Assembly (NCBI GenBank): GCA_965644495.1
Contig: CBFFSA010000001.1
Location: 1,860,001-1,924,000 of the forward strand
Reading direction: 5' to 3'
DNA: 64,000 bases
Source of the DNA: Perkinsela sp. CCAP 1560/9
Lineage: Eukaryota; Protista; Euglenozoa: Kinetoplastea
How positions within the stretch are numbered: position 1 is the stretch's first letter; each line of letters opens with the position of its first letter. Position numbers and translations under genes: made by a program. The notes under the pieces are model-generated. The model was not told the origin of the DNA, did not search any database, and saw only the letters and a list, made by a program, of their open reading frames with translations. Positions 35,765 to 46,864 of the stretch are shown piece after piece.

Positions 35765-36184
35765 TCTTTCTTTCTTTCTTTTCTTTTATCCTTCTTTCCT
35801 TCCATCTTTTTCTCTCCCATCTTTTTTTTCCTCTTCCTTATTTTAATTTCCTTTTTACCATGATTACCATGAAAACTTTATTCTTCTTTGGTATTTTTTT
35901 AACTTCCTTTTTTAGCCACCTTTTTAGATTATTTTTAGCATCCTTTCTAGCTTCTTTTTTAACTTCCTTTTTAGCTTCTTTTTTAGCTTCCTTTTTTACC
36001 TTCTTTTTTAGCTTCATTTTTTAGCTTCATTTTTAGCTTCTTTTTTAGCTTCCTTTTTTAGCTTCCTCTTTTAGCTTCCTTTTTAGGTTCTTTTTCGCCT
36101 CCCTTTTTAACAAAAATTTATCTTCCTTTTTATCTTCCTTTTTAACTTACTTTCTTAGCCTCTTCCTTACCCCTCCCCCTCTCC
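35765..36184 (+). promoter_or_regulatory. ~420-bp pyrimidine-rich tract with tandem ttttttagcttc units upstream of importin-5
   Basis: Strongly T/C-biased. Units of 12-13 bp are repeated more than ten times at ~35900-36150. Confidence 0.65.
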
Positions 36185-39100
36185 ATGTCCCTTCCCTCCG
36201 GTCCCCAATTCCACGCTCTCCTCCACCAACTCCTCAGCACGGACAACGCTACCCGCAAACACGCGGAATCGGAATACCAAAAACTCGCCCGCGCCCACCC
36301 CTTCTTCGCCATGTCTGCCCATCTTGCCTTTATCGGGAGCCCTTCCCCGTTGCAAGGGGAGTCGCTCCCGGAGGCACAGCTCTCTACCGTTTTACTGCGC
36401 AAACTGTTTCGGAGAAAACATAAAATCGGCTTGGGGAATCAGAAGGGAAATCAAGGCCATACCAATCAAAGCCTTACAAATCAGAATACAAATCAAAGCC
36501 CTACAAATCAGAATATAAATCAAAACGGGGACCACGAAACTGCAAACGGATTAGCCGTTCACGAAAAAGAGCATCTCCAGTCCGCTCTTCTCGGGTTATT
36601 CCAAAACGAACATCTCCCCCACTGCCTTCGTAAAGGCATCTCGGGATGTCTCGCGGCCTGGTTGCTCGGGGAGGCCGAGAGCGGGGCCTGGGAAGCCCCC
36701 CTGGGGTTGGTGCTGCAGTCCATCCAGCCCGGTACCGCCTGCCCCGAGGGGGTGCGCCAAAACGGTTTTGTGGTTTTAGAACAAATCGCAACCTGTTTTG
36801 TCGATCGTATTGTGGAAAACAAATCACTAGCCCATGCGCTGTGTCACGCGCTGGTCGGGGCGCTTGAAACCGGAACGGTCGAGAGGCTTCCACAAGTCAC
36901 CAACACGCTGTCCCATTTCGTCGCGGTGCTGGAGAGCCAGGACTATGAGGTTCTGCGTCCGACCCTGCAGCCGTTGTTGGTTTCACTGAATCGACTGAAA
37001 GCGCATGGGGAGAGTGGCACAAATGATTTTGAACCTCTTGCCAAAGTTTTTGACGCTCTCGTGCATATGGCCGATAACAATATGGATTTCTTTGCGCCCC
37101 GTCTGGGGGCTTTTGTGGAGGTGATGCTGCATTTTGCCGCCATGCCCGCAAGTCCCAATGCTCAAATGATCCGTTCCTACGCGATTGAGTTTTTGCTCAC
37201 CTTTTGTGAGCAGTGTCCGAAAAAGGCGCGAGGGATGCCCGCGTTTATTCGTACCTTTTTTGAGTTGGCCATGAAATTAAGTTTCCAGCCCCCGGAGAAT
37301 AAGAAATGGGAAATTACCTATCATGATGATCATGAGGGGTTTGCGCAAAATGAAGACGAAGAGGACGATGAGGACGAAGAAGAGGCCTCGGACTACGATC
37401 TCGGCCTGGAGGCCATGGACCGTATGGCGGAGGCTCTCAAAGGGAAAGTCCTCGCCCCCCTAGCGACTGAGTTTATTCTCCAAAACGCCCAAAGCCCGGA
37501 TTGGCGCGCCCGGCAGTGTGCGCTCACCTGTATTGGACAAATCACCGAGGGCTGTCACCGGGCGTTTGTGAAAAACCTTGATGCGATCCTTTCCTTGTTG
37601 TTGACGCATTCCCGGGACGAGCATCCTCGCGTGCGCTACGCCGTGATTGCCTCTCTAGCTCAAATCTTTACCGACTTCGAAAACGAGCTTACGAGCCAGG
37701 ACTATCAAAAAGTACTGCCGGTTCTCTTCAGCGGGTTAAACGATCCGGTGCCTCGACTTCAAGCGCTTTCTGCGGCTTCGTTGTGTAATTTCTGTGACTC
37801 CGCATCGGCTGAAATTGTGGATGAATGCGCCGGGTCTATTTTAGCCCCCATCACGCGGCTGTTGCGCTCCACCAGCTTTCCGTTCGTCCAGCAGCAGTGT
37901 CTGGCCACGATTGCCTCGGTGGCGGAGAACAGCAGCCAGGAAGCGCAGCTGTTTCACCAATTTTATCCGGAGTTAATGCCTTTACTTTTTCCCTTATTGG
38001 TTTCGCAAAATGTGCAAAGTAAAAGTTTTCAGACGTTACGTTGTCGCGCCATGGAGACCGTGGCGCTCATTGCGGCAGCCGTCCCGAAAGAGGTTTTTGC
38101 CAAAGATGCGGCCGGGTTGTGTGGGTATTTGCAACAGCAGATGGGGAAGTATGGGGGAGGAGCGCAGGCAGGAGGCTCAGGTGCCACGGGATTAGCTTCA
38201 TCTTCACAACAGAATGAAAAAGAAAACCAAAAGAACCCAAGGCTTTATCCGACAGACGACCCTATGTTTCGTTACTTACTCCGGGCTTGGATTTGTGTAA
38301 GTCGGAATCTAAAAGAGGACATGGCTCCGTACCTCGAGGCGCTGCTCCCTGTGGTGCTTGAGATTGTGGAAACCGCGGTGGGGCTGGAGCCGTGTGGGCC
38401 AACAGGAGAGGAGGAGCACCATAGAAACAACGAAAACGACAGCAGCTTGCTGGGGGGAAACGACAGTGAGAGCGAAAATGAGGACATGCCGCAAATGGAA
38501 AGTGAAGAGCAAAAGGAAGAATCCGGAGTTCAAATCATTAATCTATGCATCAAAGGGGTGGGGGAGCAGAAAGTGAAACTGCGGACCTCCGCGTTGGAGG
38601 ATAAAAGCTTAGCCCTGGCGGTGGTGCTGTCGGTGGTGAAAAACTGTGGCCGCGCGACGCTCCCGTATTTGCAACAAATTGTGGAAAAGGTGCAACCGCT
38701 TTTTACGTTTGGTTATGTCGATGACGTGCGGGAGAAAGCGGCGCAGATCGCGGCGCATTGTGTCAAAATTGCGCACGCGTTTACGAATCCCGAGACGACG
38801 GTTTCCTTAGCGATGCATTTCTTATCCTCACTGTTTGCTGCGCTGCGTAAAGAAACCGAGACCGCGACGGCTGCGGAATTCCTGGAAGCGATTCAGCTGA
38901 TTTTGGATTCCACCCCGAATAATTTCTTACCTTCTGAGGCCCTCGAGGAGAGCAAAAATGTGATGCAGCAAATCTTTGCGGAGAGTATCAAACGACGACA
39001 GGAGCTTTTTGAGGAACTCGAGGAGGAAGGGGAGGAGGATGAGGAAGCAATGCTGGAGGAACATGAAGAGGAGGAAAATCTGCTGATTGAGGCCGTCGAT

Positions 39101-39841
39101 GTGATTGGGAAGCTGTTGAAAACCCAGGACGCATTTCTGCCGGTGTTTTTGCATGATTTTTTGCCGAATTTTCAACAACTGCTGGATGATAAACTCGGGC
39201 AAACGGAGCACAAAATTGCGCTTTGTGTGTTAGATGACTTTTTGGAGATTCGTCCAGAGACAGCGGTGCAGTGTTTTGATCCTATCCTCCAAGCCTTGCT
39301 TCGGTTCGCGAACGATACCCATTATGAGGTTACCCAGGCAGCATGCTATGGACTTAGTCTGGCGCTGGACTTACTAGCAAATAAAAAAGGGTACAATCCG
39401 GTGTTACTTCCGCAGTATGAGATCAACGCACAAACTAGTCATGGCCATGGCCCGCTGATTCCCGCACTCTCCTTTATTTGCCAAAGTTTGTTGCGCAATT
39501 TAACCACAAAACCCGATGAAGAATCCGAGGAGTATTTTCACAGTATTGCGAATGTCGCGACGGCAAGTATGAAATACGTCACACAGTTTGCGCCCAAGCT
39601 TCGAGAGAACGCAAATGTACAAAAATTCGAATCCGAGCTGCTGATGGGTGTACTTGGGGTTCTTCCTTTGTCTCGGGATTGGCAGGAGGCCCAATTTGTG
39701 CATTTGGAGCTCGCACGGATGACATGGGTGGAGAAACATCCGATTTTGGCCCCGCATGGGGGAAAAACAAAGGAACTACTGATGCGTGCGGATCCCAGAG
39801 GGTTGTGTGAGCAAACCAAGCAGATTTTGTCGTCGAGGTGA
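36185..39841 (+). CDS. IPO5: Importin-5 / karyopherin beta-3 (Kap121/Pse1-like) HEAT-repeat protein
   Basis: 1218-aa intronless ORF. LLSTDNATRKHAE N-terminus, acidic loop then AMDRMA, DWRARQCAL..IGQITEGC, DEHPRVRYA, RCRAMETVALIA and RTSALEDK. Confidence 0.9.
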   Translation: MSLPSGPQFHALLHQLLSTDNATRKHAESEYQKLARAHPFFAMSAHLAFIGSPSPLQGESLPEAQLSTVLLRKLFRRKHKIGLGNQKGNQGHTNQSLTNQNTNQSPTNQNINQNGDHETANGLAVHEKEHLQSALLGLFQNEHLPHCLRKGISGCLAAWLLGEAESGAWEAPLGLVLQSIQPGTACPEGVRQNGFVVLEQIATCFVDRIVENKSLAHALCHALVGALETGTVERLPQVTNTLSHFVAVLESQDYEVLRPTLQPLLVSLNRLKAHGESGTNDFEPLAKVFDALVHMADNNMDFFAPRLGAFVEVMLHFAAMPASPNAQMIRSYAIEFLLTFCEQCPKKARGMPAFIRTFFELAMKLSFQPPENKKWEITYHDDHEGFAQNEDEEDDEDEEEASDYDLGLEAMDRMAEALKGKVLAPLATEFILQNAQSPDWRARQCALTCIGQITEGCHRAFVKNLDAILSLLLTHSRDEHPRVRYAVIASLAQIFTDFENELTSQDYQKVLPVLFSGLNDPVPRLQALSAASLCNFCDSASAEIVDECAGSILAPITRLLRSTSFPFVQQQCLATIASVAENSSQEAQLFHQFYPELMPLLFPLLVSQNVQSKSFQTLRCRAMETVALIAAAVPKEVFAKDAAGLCGYLQQQMGKYGGGAQAGGSGATGLASSSQQNEKENQKNPRLYPTDDPMFRYLLRAWICVSRNLKEDMAPYLEALLPVVLEIVETAVGLEPCGPTGEEEHHRNNENDSSLLGGNDSESENEDMPQMESEEQKEESGVQIINLCIKGVGEQKVKLRTSALEDKSLALAVVLSVVKNCGRATLPYLQQIVEKVQPLFTFGYVDDVREKAAQIAAHCVKIAHAFTNPETTVSLAMHFLSSLFAALRKETETATAAEFLEAIQLILDSTPNNFLPSEALEESKNVMQQIFAESIKRRQELFEELEEEGEEDEEAMLEEHEEEENLLIEAVDVIGKLLKTQDAFLPVFLHDFLPNFQQLLDDKLGQTEHKIALCVLDDFLEIRPETAVQCFDPILQALLRFANDTHYEVTQAACYGLSLALDLLANKKGYNPVLLPQYEINAQTSHGHGPLIPALSFICQSLLRNLTTKPDEESEEYFHSIANVATASMKYVTQFAPKLRENANVQKFESELLMGVLGVLPLSRDWQEAQFVHLELARMTWVEKHPILAPHGGKTKELLMRADPRGLCEQTKQILSSR

Positions 39842-40344
39842 GGCCAATAAAGTGGAAGTTGCATTTCTTTAAGGAAATTGATTATATTAGGAAAATACAA
39901 ATATAATACCCCTCTGAATCGGATTGCGCGGGAAAAGAGGGAGAAAATGAGGCTATTGGAGTGGGCTTAATAAGGAGGAATAAAGTCAAACCATTTAATT
40001 TATTTTTTTGGGAAGATAGAAATTCGAAATAATGAACTTTTTTGAAAATAATGTATAATGGGCTTTTTTCTGTATCGAGTTCCGATCACTTTAACATCTA
40101 ACGTATGTATACACGTATACATGTATACAGACAGTGCCAAAAACCATTGTGCACCACTCAGGACTGTCCGTCACCCTTCCATCCATGGATTGATCTTTTA
40201 CCCTTTACCCCATGATACCCTTCTCTTCAACCCTCCATTTCCCTTTTTACACCAAAATACGTGTATGACCAAAAATACGCATGACTCAATCTTTACTCAA
40301 TCCTAATATAAATTTTTATATAAATCTCTTTTTTCCTCTCTTCC

Positions 40345-40671
40345 ATGCCGAAACCCGCGCCTTCCTCATCCTCTCGAGCGGGTCACACCGCTGCCCCCGC
40401 GAACAACGGCGTCCTCAACTGTTTCGGGGACTGCCTGAACTGCACCTACTGCAGCGCGGCCATCTTTGCTGTTCTCCTGCTCGCGCTTTACCTTTCCCTT
40501 CGCAAATGCTGTGGGTTCGGGAGCTGCTGTTTTGCGGGGGGGAGCAAGGGCTCGGAAAAAGGAGCAGAGACCGGCGCCCATAGTAATCGAAACACAATCG
40601 CGGCGACCCCGAGTAAAACCCACCCCATGCGTACACGAAGCGGATCGCGAAGTGTGCGAAAGGAGGAATAA
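40345..40671 (+). CDS. Small Cys-rich single-pass membrane protein, function unknown
   Basis: 108-aa GC-rich ORF after a pyrimidine tract. Hydrophobic AAIFAVLLLALYLSL is flanked by CxxxCxxCxxC and CC..CC motifs. Confidence 0.6.
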   Translation: MPKPAPSSSSRAGHTAAPANNGVLNCFGDCLNCTYCSAAIFAVLLLALYLSLRKCCGFGSCCFAGGSKGSEKGAETGAHSNRNTIAATPSKTHPMRTRSGSRSVRKEE

Positions 40672-41050
40672 AGGAGTGTTGTTTAAAAACAAACTCTTTG
40701 TTTCTTTATGGGGAAGTCGAACCCTTTTGATTTGAAGAAGGGTAAGGCTTTTTGTGGAGTGGAAAGTGGTAAGAAAGAAGAAAAAGATAAAAAAGAGGTA
40801 GATGGAAAATTGAGGATAGTAAAAGAAGAATAAAATAAAAACGGTGGATCGGGTTGGCCTGCTCAAGCATGTGATGTGCACAACGGTAGGTCGATTTCCA
40901 CAGCCATTGGTTTTAAAAATGTGTTGAATGGAGATTCGCAAGGGTTATTTTTTCCCTGACACAAATTTTTACCGGACCGGATCTTTCTTCATCGTCTTTT
41001 TTTCCTTATAAAATGCTTTAACTTAATCTCCCTCCTTCTTTATCACGCCA

Positions 41051-41863
41051 ATGTTACACTCTCCCACCCACAAACGCAAATCCGTGAAATGGGATGAGCA
41101 CAATCTGGAGGAAAATGATCACTACTTTGCAGCGCACCCCGCACAGATGCGAATCACGGAGCCCAAGACACCGTTCGCATCCACATTCTCCGAGTGCATT
41201 ACCTCCAACGATGAAATCACTGAGCTCGTTTTACCGAATCCATCGGAAAACACGGTGCAAACAGAGGCGAATGCGGCAGAACGTGTAGACGTCAATACTA
41301 AGGATCACAGAACGATCGAATTAACGAAACAAGATAATACATTGGAAAATATGAAATCCCATCCTACGAAAACTCCCCCCTTTGAAAATCAAGTCGATCC
41401 TTTGGATTCTGATTTTTTTCATAAATCTTCGGAGCCCGTAGAGGGGAGTCCCGCGGACAGTACATGGCGCGAAGAGGAGAACCAGATGGCTCGTGCCGCG
41501 AAACAAGCCATTCTACGACAAGCCTCGGCTTTGGAGGCTACGGGTGGAACCCCGTCTTCGCCTTCTCGAGCGTTTGTATCTTCTTGTTCTCTGCCTTCAG
41601 AAGATCAGGAAAAGGGCATCGACGCCTCGAATACAACAACCAAATCAAAACCCAACGATTTTCACACGCCTGAAAAGTGTTTGAGCTCGGGAGCGAATCC
41701 AGCAGCCTCTGCGCCTCCTTTTCCGTTTGATCACTGCCACGAGGATGAGAGATTTCGAGCCATGCGCAAAGCCGTGTTGTTGGATGAGGCACAACGGTTC
41801 CGCGCCTCACGAAGCACGAACGAAGGAGATTCGTTTGATGCTCCGGAGAAAATGCCCTCGTGA
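41051..41863 (+). CDS. Protein phosphatase 1 inhibitor-2 (IPP-2)-like protein
   Basis: RKSVKWDEHNL (RVxF-type site), MRITEPKTPF (IxEPxTP) and C-terminal FRAMRK. Confidence 0.8.
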   Translation: MLHSPTHKRKSVKWDEHNLEENDHYFAAHPAQMRITEPKTPFASTFSECITSNDEITELVLPNPSENTVQTEANAAERVDVNTKDHRTIELTKQDNTLENMKSHPTKTPPFENQVDPLDSDFFHKSSEPVEGSPADSTWREEENQMARAAKQAILRQASALEATGGTPSSPSRAFVSSCSLPSEDQEKGIDASNTTTKSKPNDFHTPEKCLSSGANPAASAPPFPFDHCHEDERFRAMRKAVLLDEAQRFRASRSTNEGDSFDAPEKMPS

Positions 41864-42934
41864 AAAGAAAAAGAATGGATTTACATGTGCATAAATTTTC
41901 ACACAATGTGTGAGGCGAATAAATTAAGGAAAATCAAGGAAGTTAAAAAGGCTCTTTACATTAAACGCTCTACCAATCTTAAGCTACCTTTGTGTAGCGC
42001 ACGTTCTTCGTTCCTTGTAAAATGCGTCAAATGGATTTGTTGTTGATTTTCGTAGCATGAGTAAGATCGTGTTCACACCTAACGAACCTCTTTTCCGCCT
42101 TTTTTTCATAGCCAATAGGGCGCACGATGGGATCCATACACGGTTTCTATAGGTTATCTTACTCCATAGACGCATGTCTTCAGGTTACACCACCCCATTG
42201 GGGTTGAAAAGATTCTTCCTTGGCAATAAAGATGCCGTTTCTGTAACTCTTCGCTCTTTCTATTCACAACTCTTGTTGATTGCTCCTTTATTTTTTTACT
42301 CAGGAAAATTAAAATTCGTTCCGCTTCATTATTTCAAGTGAATAAAGGAGCAACGCTGCGATAGCTCTCGAATGCGCTATTATTTTACAAAATTGGACAA
42401 GTTTAAAACTTGTCCAAATCAAGTTTTACAAATTTTAGACACCCCCATATTTTGGTGCCACCCCCTGTATCACGACGCGGACCTGTTGAAAACGCCACAC
42501 TATTTCAAAGTTACTTTTTTATTGAAAATCGATTATCGTTATGATTGTCTCTATGCTTTCGGCCGACGTAACGGAACCGTTAAGAAAGAAATCCCGAAGA
42601 GAAACGAACTCTTCCGACACGACGCTTTCCACCAGTAGTTCTAATGTGACAAGAAAATCCCGCCTATCAAAAGTCAACGCCCTGTCGTTACCCGTGGAGT
42701 AACATTTGATGAGATTAGTAGAAAAGCCCCCACACTCATGGTCCACCGATACTCCGGCATGTAGATGGGATCGAGTCAGATGTAACGACAAGGGCGACGT
42801 AGTTTCGATAAACTGGAGTAATATCTGTAATGGGGAATAGGCACGAAAAACGTCAGCGAATAAAAAATTACTTGAACGGTTACAAAGAAATAATTCATGT
42901 TACGGTTGTGTATTGTTCAAAACGGAATTTAAAT

Positions 42935-43945
42935 AACAAACCCCGCGTCATGAATAAGTGACCCCCCCTTATTTTTGACTTAGGGATAGCGTGTTCGCCC
43001 GTGTTCGCCCAACTGACCTTTCTGTAGGTTTCACCCCTCTAAGTGACGCCCCCTTATTTTTCGCACGAGAAGGAATCGCAGGGTTGTCATACCACTTTTT
43101 CGTTCAAAATTTTGAGATCTGCAGGTTCCCGCAGTTTTTAGCTCACTTTAAAACAAAAAAAAATCAAGAAACTAAAATTGATTTTTCAACCTTTTTTTTC
43201 TAAGATTCTCAAACCATCATATTGGCTCCCAGGAAGCGGACTTTCTGATAGTAGGAATCTTCCTTTGACGATGAGATACGGAGATACAAACGATAGCACA
43301 AGAAATACTATCCCCCCCTATCCTAGCGTTGCCTCGGCACCCCCCCTCATTAGCGTTGCTTTTTAGACTGTCTCTTCAAGACTCTTTTGCCGCGAAGCAG
43401 CGATTTTGTTTTTACCCCCCCCCCCTTAGCGTTGCTTTTTCCATAAAAAAAAAACAGGCAACGCTAGGATACGGGGGGGATAGTACGTGGGTAAGGCGCG
43501 ATCAAGAAGCAGCTACGCGTCAAAAAGTACGTTGGGGTCCAAGGTACTAAGCTTGGGGGGCTATTGGGGTAGGGTGGAGGTATTTCATTATTCTACAAGA
43601 TGACACATGTATTAAGAGTATGACGTACGTAGAAACATTGAAGCGATGTACATTCCCCCCTCATCGTATATTTCAACATGATGGGGCAACGGCAAACACT
43701 GCCCGTCCCTCCAAAGAGTACATTAAAAGCACAATGTGTGAACTTCTAAAAAGTTGGTCCGCCGACTCACCAGATCTTTATCAATAGAAAACGTCTGGTC
43801 TATGGTCTAAGGGGCCGTGGACGAACCGACCCCATCAGATAAGCCTTCACTCACCCGATGTGTACGCAAAGCGTGGTCTTGTTTACCTCAAAATGTGATC
43901 GACAATACGGTCTTAAGTTTTGGCTCACGCCTTAAGAAATGTATT
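42935..43945 (+). mobile_element. Decayed, internally deleted copy of the Tc1 family at 16930-18269
   Basis: AAACCCCGCGTCA end. 43486-43940 aligns with 17622-18075, with added stops. Confidence 0.8.
43308..43483. mobile_element. MITE nested in the Tc1 copy
   Basis: TA|CTATCCCCCCCTATCCTAGCGTTGCC...GGCAACGCTAGGATACGGGGGGATAG|TA. A related end is at ~5473-5530. Confidence 0.8.
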
Positions 43946-44112
43946 GCGGTGGTTATAAACTTTATAACTACCGCTCTACCCTCGATTATTGAAAAAAAAG
44001 TGAACAAGAACAGTGAAAATATAAAGAGGAACACAGTAATATAATAGAAGAAAAAAATATAAACGAGGGCTCCGGTGGTCCAAAACTGAAACAAATGGAC
44101 GTCTAGGGGGGG

Positions 44113-44305
44113 CTTCCTGTTACGGTAGCCTGTCTCCTTTAACCCTGCTAAACCGGTCCATAGCCCTTGACCACATTCATGTGGAAATGGTGAGGGAAGG
44201 ATCACTTGTATATCAGAATTTCGTTGAAAAGGGGGAGGGGGTATGCGTCCGACCTAAGGCCTTGGATCGGCAGGGTTAAAGGAGACCTGCTACCGTAACC
44301 GGAAG
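44113..44305. repeat. Inverted-repeat (foldback) element
   Basis: cttcctgttacggtagc..gtctcctttaaccctgc is mirrored by gcagggttaaaggagac..gctaccgtaaccggaag. Confidence 0.65.
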
Positions 44306-44566
44306 TACAGTTTAACTATCCCGCTGGAGTTTGTTTTTTTATGCACTTAGTGCAGAGATTTGCCTCACTACATGTCCTTACCCCGCAAGCGACGGGTGGA
44401 TAACGTGAGGTTTCGCCTTCGCCGGTGGTAAATAGGTGCAGAGATCTGGCGTCCCATGTATAGAGAGCTCGGTTGTCTTGGGCAGGCGCAGAGAGCCGCG
44501 AGTCTCGTCGGCGGATGACACGCCTAGTGGTCCTGAGGGGAGGCCACCGTGGCGCATGGCCTCTCC

Positions 44567-45036
44567 GGAAAGGTAATTGTGAGAGAAGGGGAAGCCGAGA
44601 GAGGGAAGCACACTCACTCCAGGGGAGTGAGTCGGGAAGGGGTGAACGGGTGGTTCCTCTGCTTCAACAATAGAGAGGGACAGTTTAGGCCTTAGTGCCG
44701 GCCGGCAACGGGGATAGAAATACAGTAAGAGTATGCCCGTTGCCGGGGAAACAAAGGATGTACTAAAGAAAAAGTCCCAACAAGGTACAGAAACTGTATC
44801 TTGCATGTCAGACCTAGCCTTTATAGAAGCTGTATACCCACAGGCCTTTCATTCGTAGGCCTTACTCAATTTGAAAACCCATATTTTACCTCACGGGGGA
44901 GGGTCTACGGTATTATAGCTTTCGCGAAGCCGATTTATCTATGCATCTGTATCTATCATGGCGAGTAGAGTGTACTTTTAGAGTACGTTCAGTCATTAGT
45001 CAGTTAATGCAAACTCTTCTATTAAAATTGTAAAGT
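44567..45036. repeat. Duplicate of the upstream region of LRR paralogue 7 (47252-47773)
   Basis: Colinear with 47252-47773. Ends at ttgtaaagtt, a few bases before where the LRR ATG would be. Confidence 0.85.
44778..44800 (-). other. Spliced-leader-like 23-mer (second copy at 47463-47485)
   Basis: Minus strand GATACAGTTTCTGTACCTTGTTG resembles the conserved 3' part of the kinetoplastid SL exon (ACAGTTTCTGTAC....TTG). Confidence 0.5.
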
Positions 45037-45401
45037 TCTTCAGCCCCGTTACTTGCGTCACTTCGATGAGAAGCGAGTGGGAAGATGACTCTGGCGCCAT
45101 TGCTGGCAAACGCGAGACTGCTTCCCCGAAACAGAGCGCCACATACTGTCGACAAAGTTGCCTAGTTCGCCTTGGCAACGGGGAGAAAAGAGAAGGTGCG
45201 CTTCAAGGGCAGTAGTGGCCTCTCCAAGGAAGTGCGCGCACCTGGGAGCACACGCGCAGAAGCAGATGGCCCCGGCGGTCAACCAAGTGGAACAGGACGC
45301 GAGTCACGATGCACGATGCCACACACAGAGCGTGCAACATGTAGGAAGTTGTCCATCGTACGTGACAGGCACCTTGCGATCTCATCCATTATCTCCGCAT
45401 T
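45037..45401. repeat. Dispersed repeat, copy of 49901-50288
   Basis: Colinear GC-rich sequence with small indels. The longer copy carries a minus-strand ORF (49922-50410) of unknown family. Confidence 0.8.
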
Positions 45402-46504
45402 ATCCCAACTCGTTTGGCGCTGTCGTCGATCCATGCGCATAAAATATCCTACATGTATAATGCCTGGAGTTGGGGAGTCATTCTTGCTGGGAGATCGAGC
45501 TCAGTTCGCAATCGTTGCTTCAAAATTTCAATGCCCTGACGATACGGGGATCCTGGTTAACATAGTACCAAGTTTTTTTCGTGTATTCTTGCCGCTGTCG
45601 TTGCTCCATCCTCTGGGGGATTCTGCTCCTCTGGGATATATTCTGTTCGTTCGTGGCTCGCGTTTGCCCTGACATGGTGTTTTGAGTTGTGGAAGAGTTT
45701 TTTCGCCCATTAGCCGCATGTCGAGAGGCTTGGTAAGACGCTTCACGCATTAGGTTTGCAAGCTGTAAGTCCTCATCCACCTTTCTTCAGGGACAATCTA
45801 GCGATTTCAAGCTCTGTAGCTTGAAGTTTGCCCATCCATCATGTGCATTTCATGATTCTAAAACTGTTTGAACGTTCGGTTAAATTAAAGAAAAATTCGG
45901 AGTACGTTTCCAACTCGATGAGTTCTCATCGAACGGGCGCTCATTTGATGAAATCCTCAACGAGCTGGAAATGAACGACTTCGGAGGAAAGTAGTAAAGT
46001 TTTATTTCATTGGATTTTTTATAGCTACCTTGGGTTGTGGTGGTTGCTGGGGATACGACGAGCTCAGCGAAGTGAAAAAGACAGCCCATGAAATCTTATT
46101 GAATAAAGAGCAATTCGGACACACCAACGACTTTGGATAAGGAAAAGCAAGAAAGGACATGAAAGACACGGAGGCCGAAACAGGGTCAAAGCGGAGACAG
46201 TTCGGAGCAGGCGATGAACGGAGCGAATTTCATTGGTGTTTTTGTAGTGCGAAAGAAACTGTCTCAGAATCGTCTACGAGAGACTCACATTCCGACGGGT
46301 AGTCCCACGTACGGTCGGCTGAATGCTGCTCCTTACGATGTTCCTCTACGCATAACGATGCTAGGGTTCCCATGGTGTTTCGAGCAAAAAAACGGATTCG
46401 AACATAATCTTGCAAAGTTGAATATAATCTTGCGAATTTGAATACAGTGTGTAATTTAAGTATAATCTAGACCCCCGGGTTACTATCAGCACGCTCGTCT
46501 GCAC

Positions 46505-46864
46505 TTACAACTTCAAAAAATTTTCAAAGTACGTCAAATGTGTTGTCAGATTCAACGCACGTTCAAATGTGTTGAAAAAGAAAACTCGGTTCATGCATCG
46601 AAGGATGTTCGTGAGCCCGTCCTGCCAAGCCTGAGCACGAGCCGTATGTTGAGATCCGAAGTTGACACACTGCAAAGTCTCGTTTCGTTTCAACTCCATT
46701 GAGGGCATTCCATAGTTGTAATGCTGAGGGCGCGTCCAAGTTTTAATAATGCGATGTACATACTCCACATGATTAGTGTGGTACCCATGTAGCTCTACAA
46801 ACTCTTTGCTGTGATTTACGGCGTGGTGGCGGCAAAATCCATTCCTCAATGCCCGAATATCCAC
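46505..46864 (-). pseudogene. Merlin/IS1595-like transposase C-terminal fragment (second family)
   Basis: HHAVNHSKEFV...GYHTNHVE motif. Confidence 0.75.

Noticed and set aside
36142-39900. Many antisense and alternate-frame ORFs over importin-5 and the LRR genes
   Set aside because: They are shadows of GC-richer coding sequence and have no recognisable motifs.
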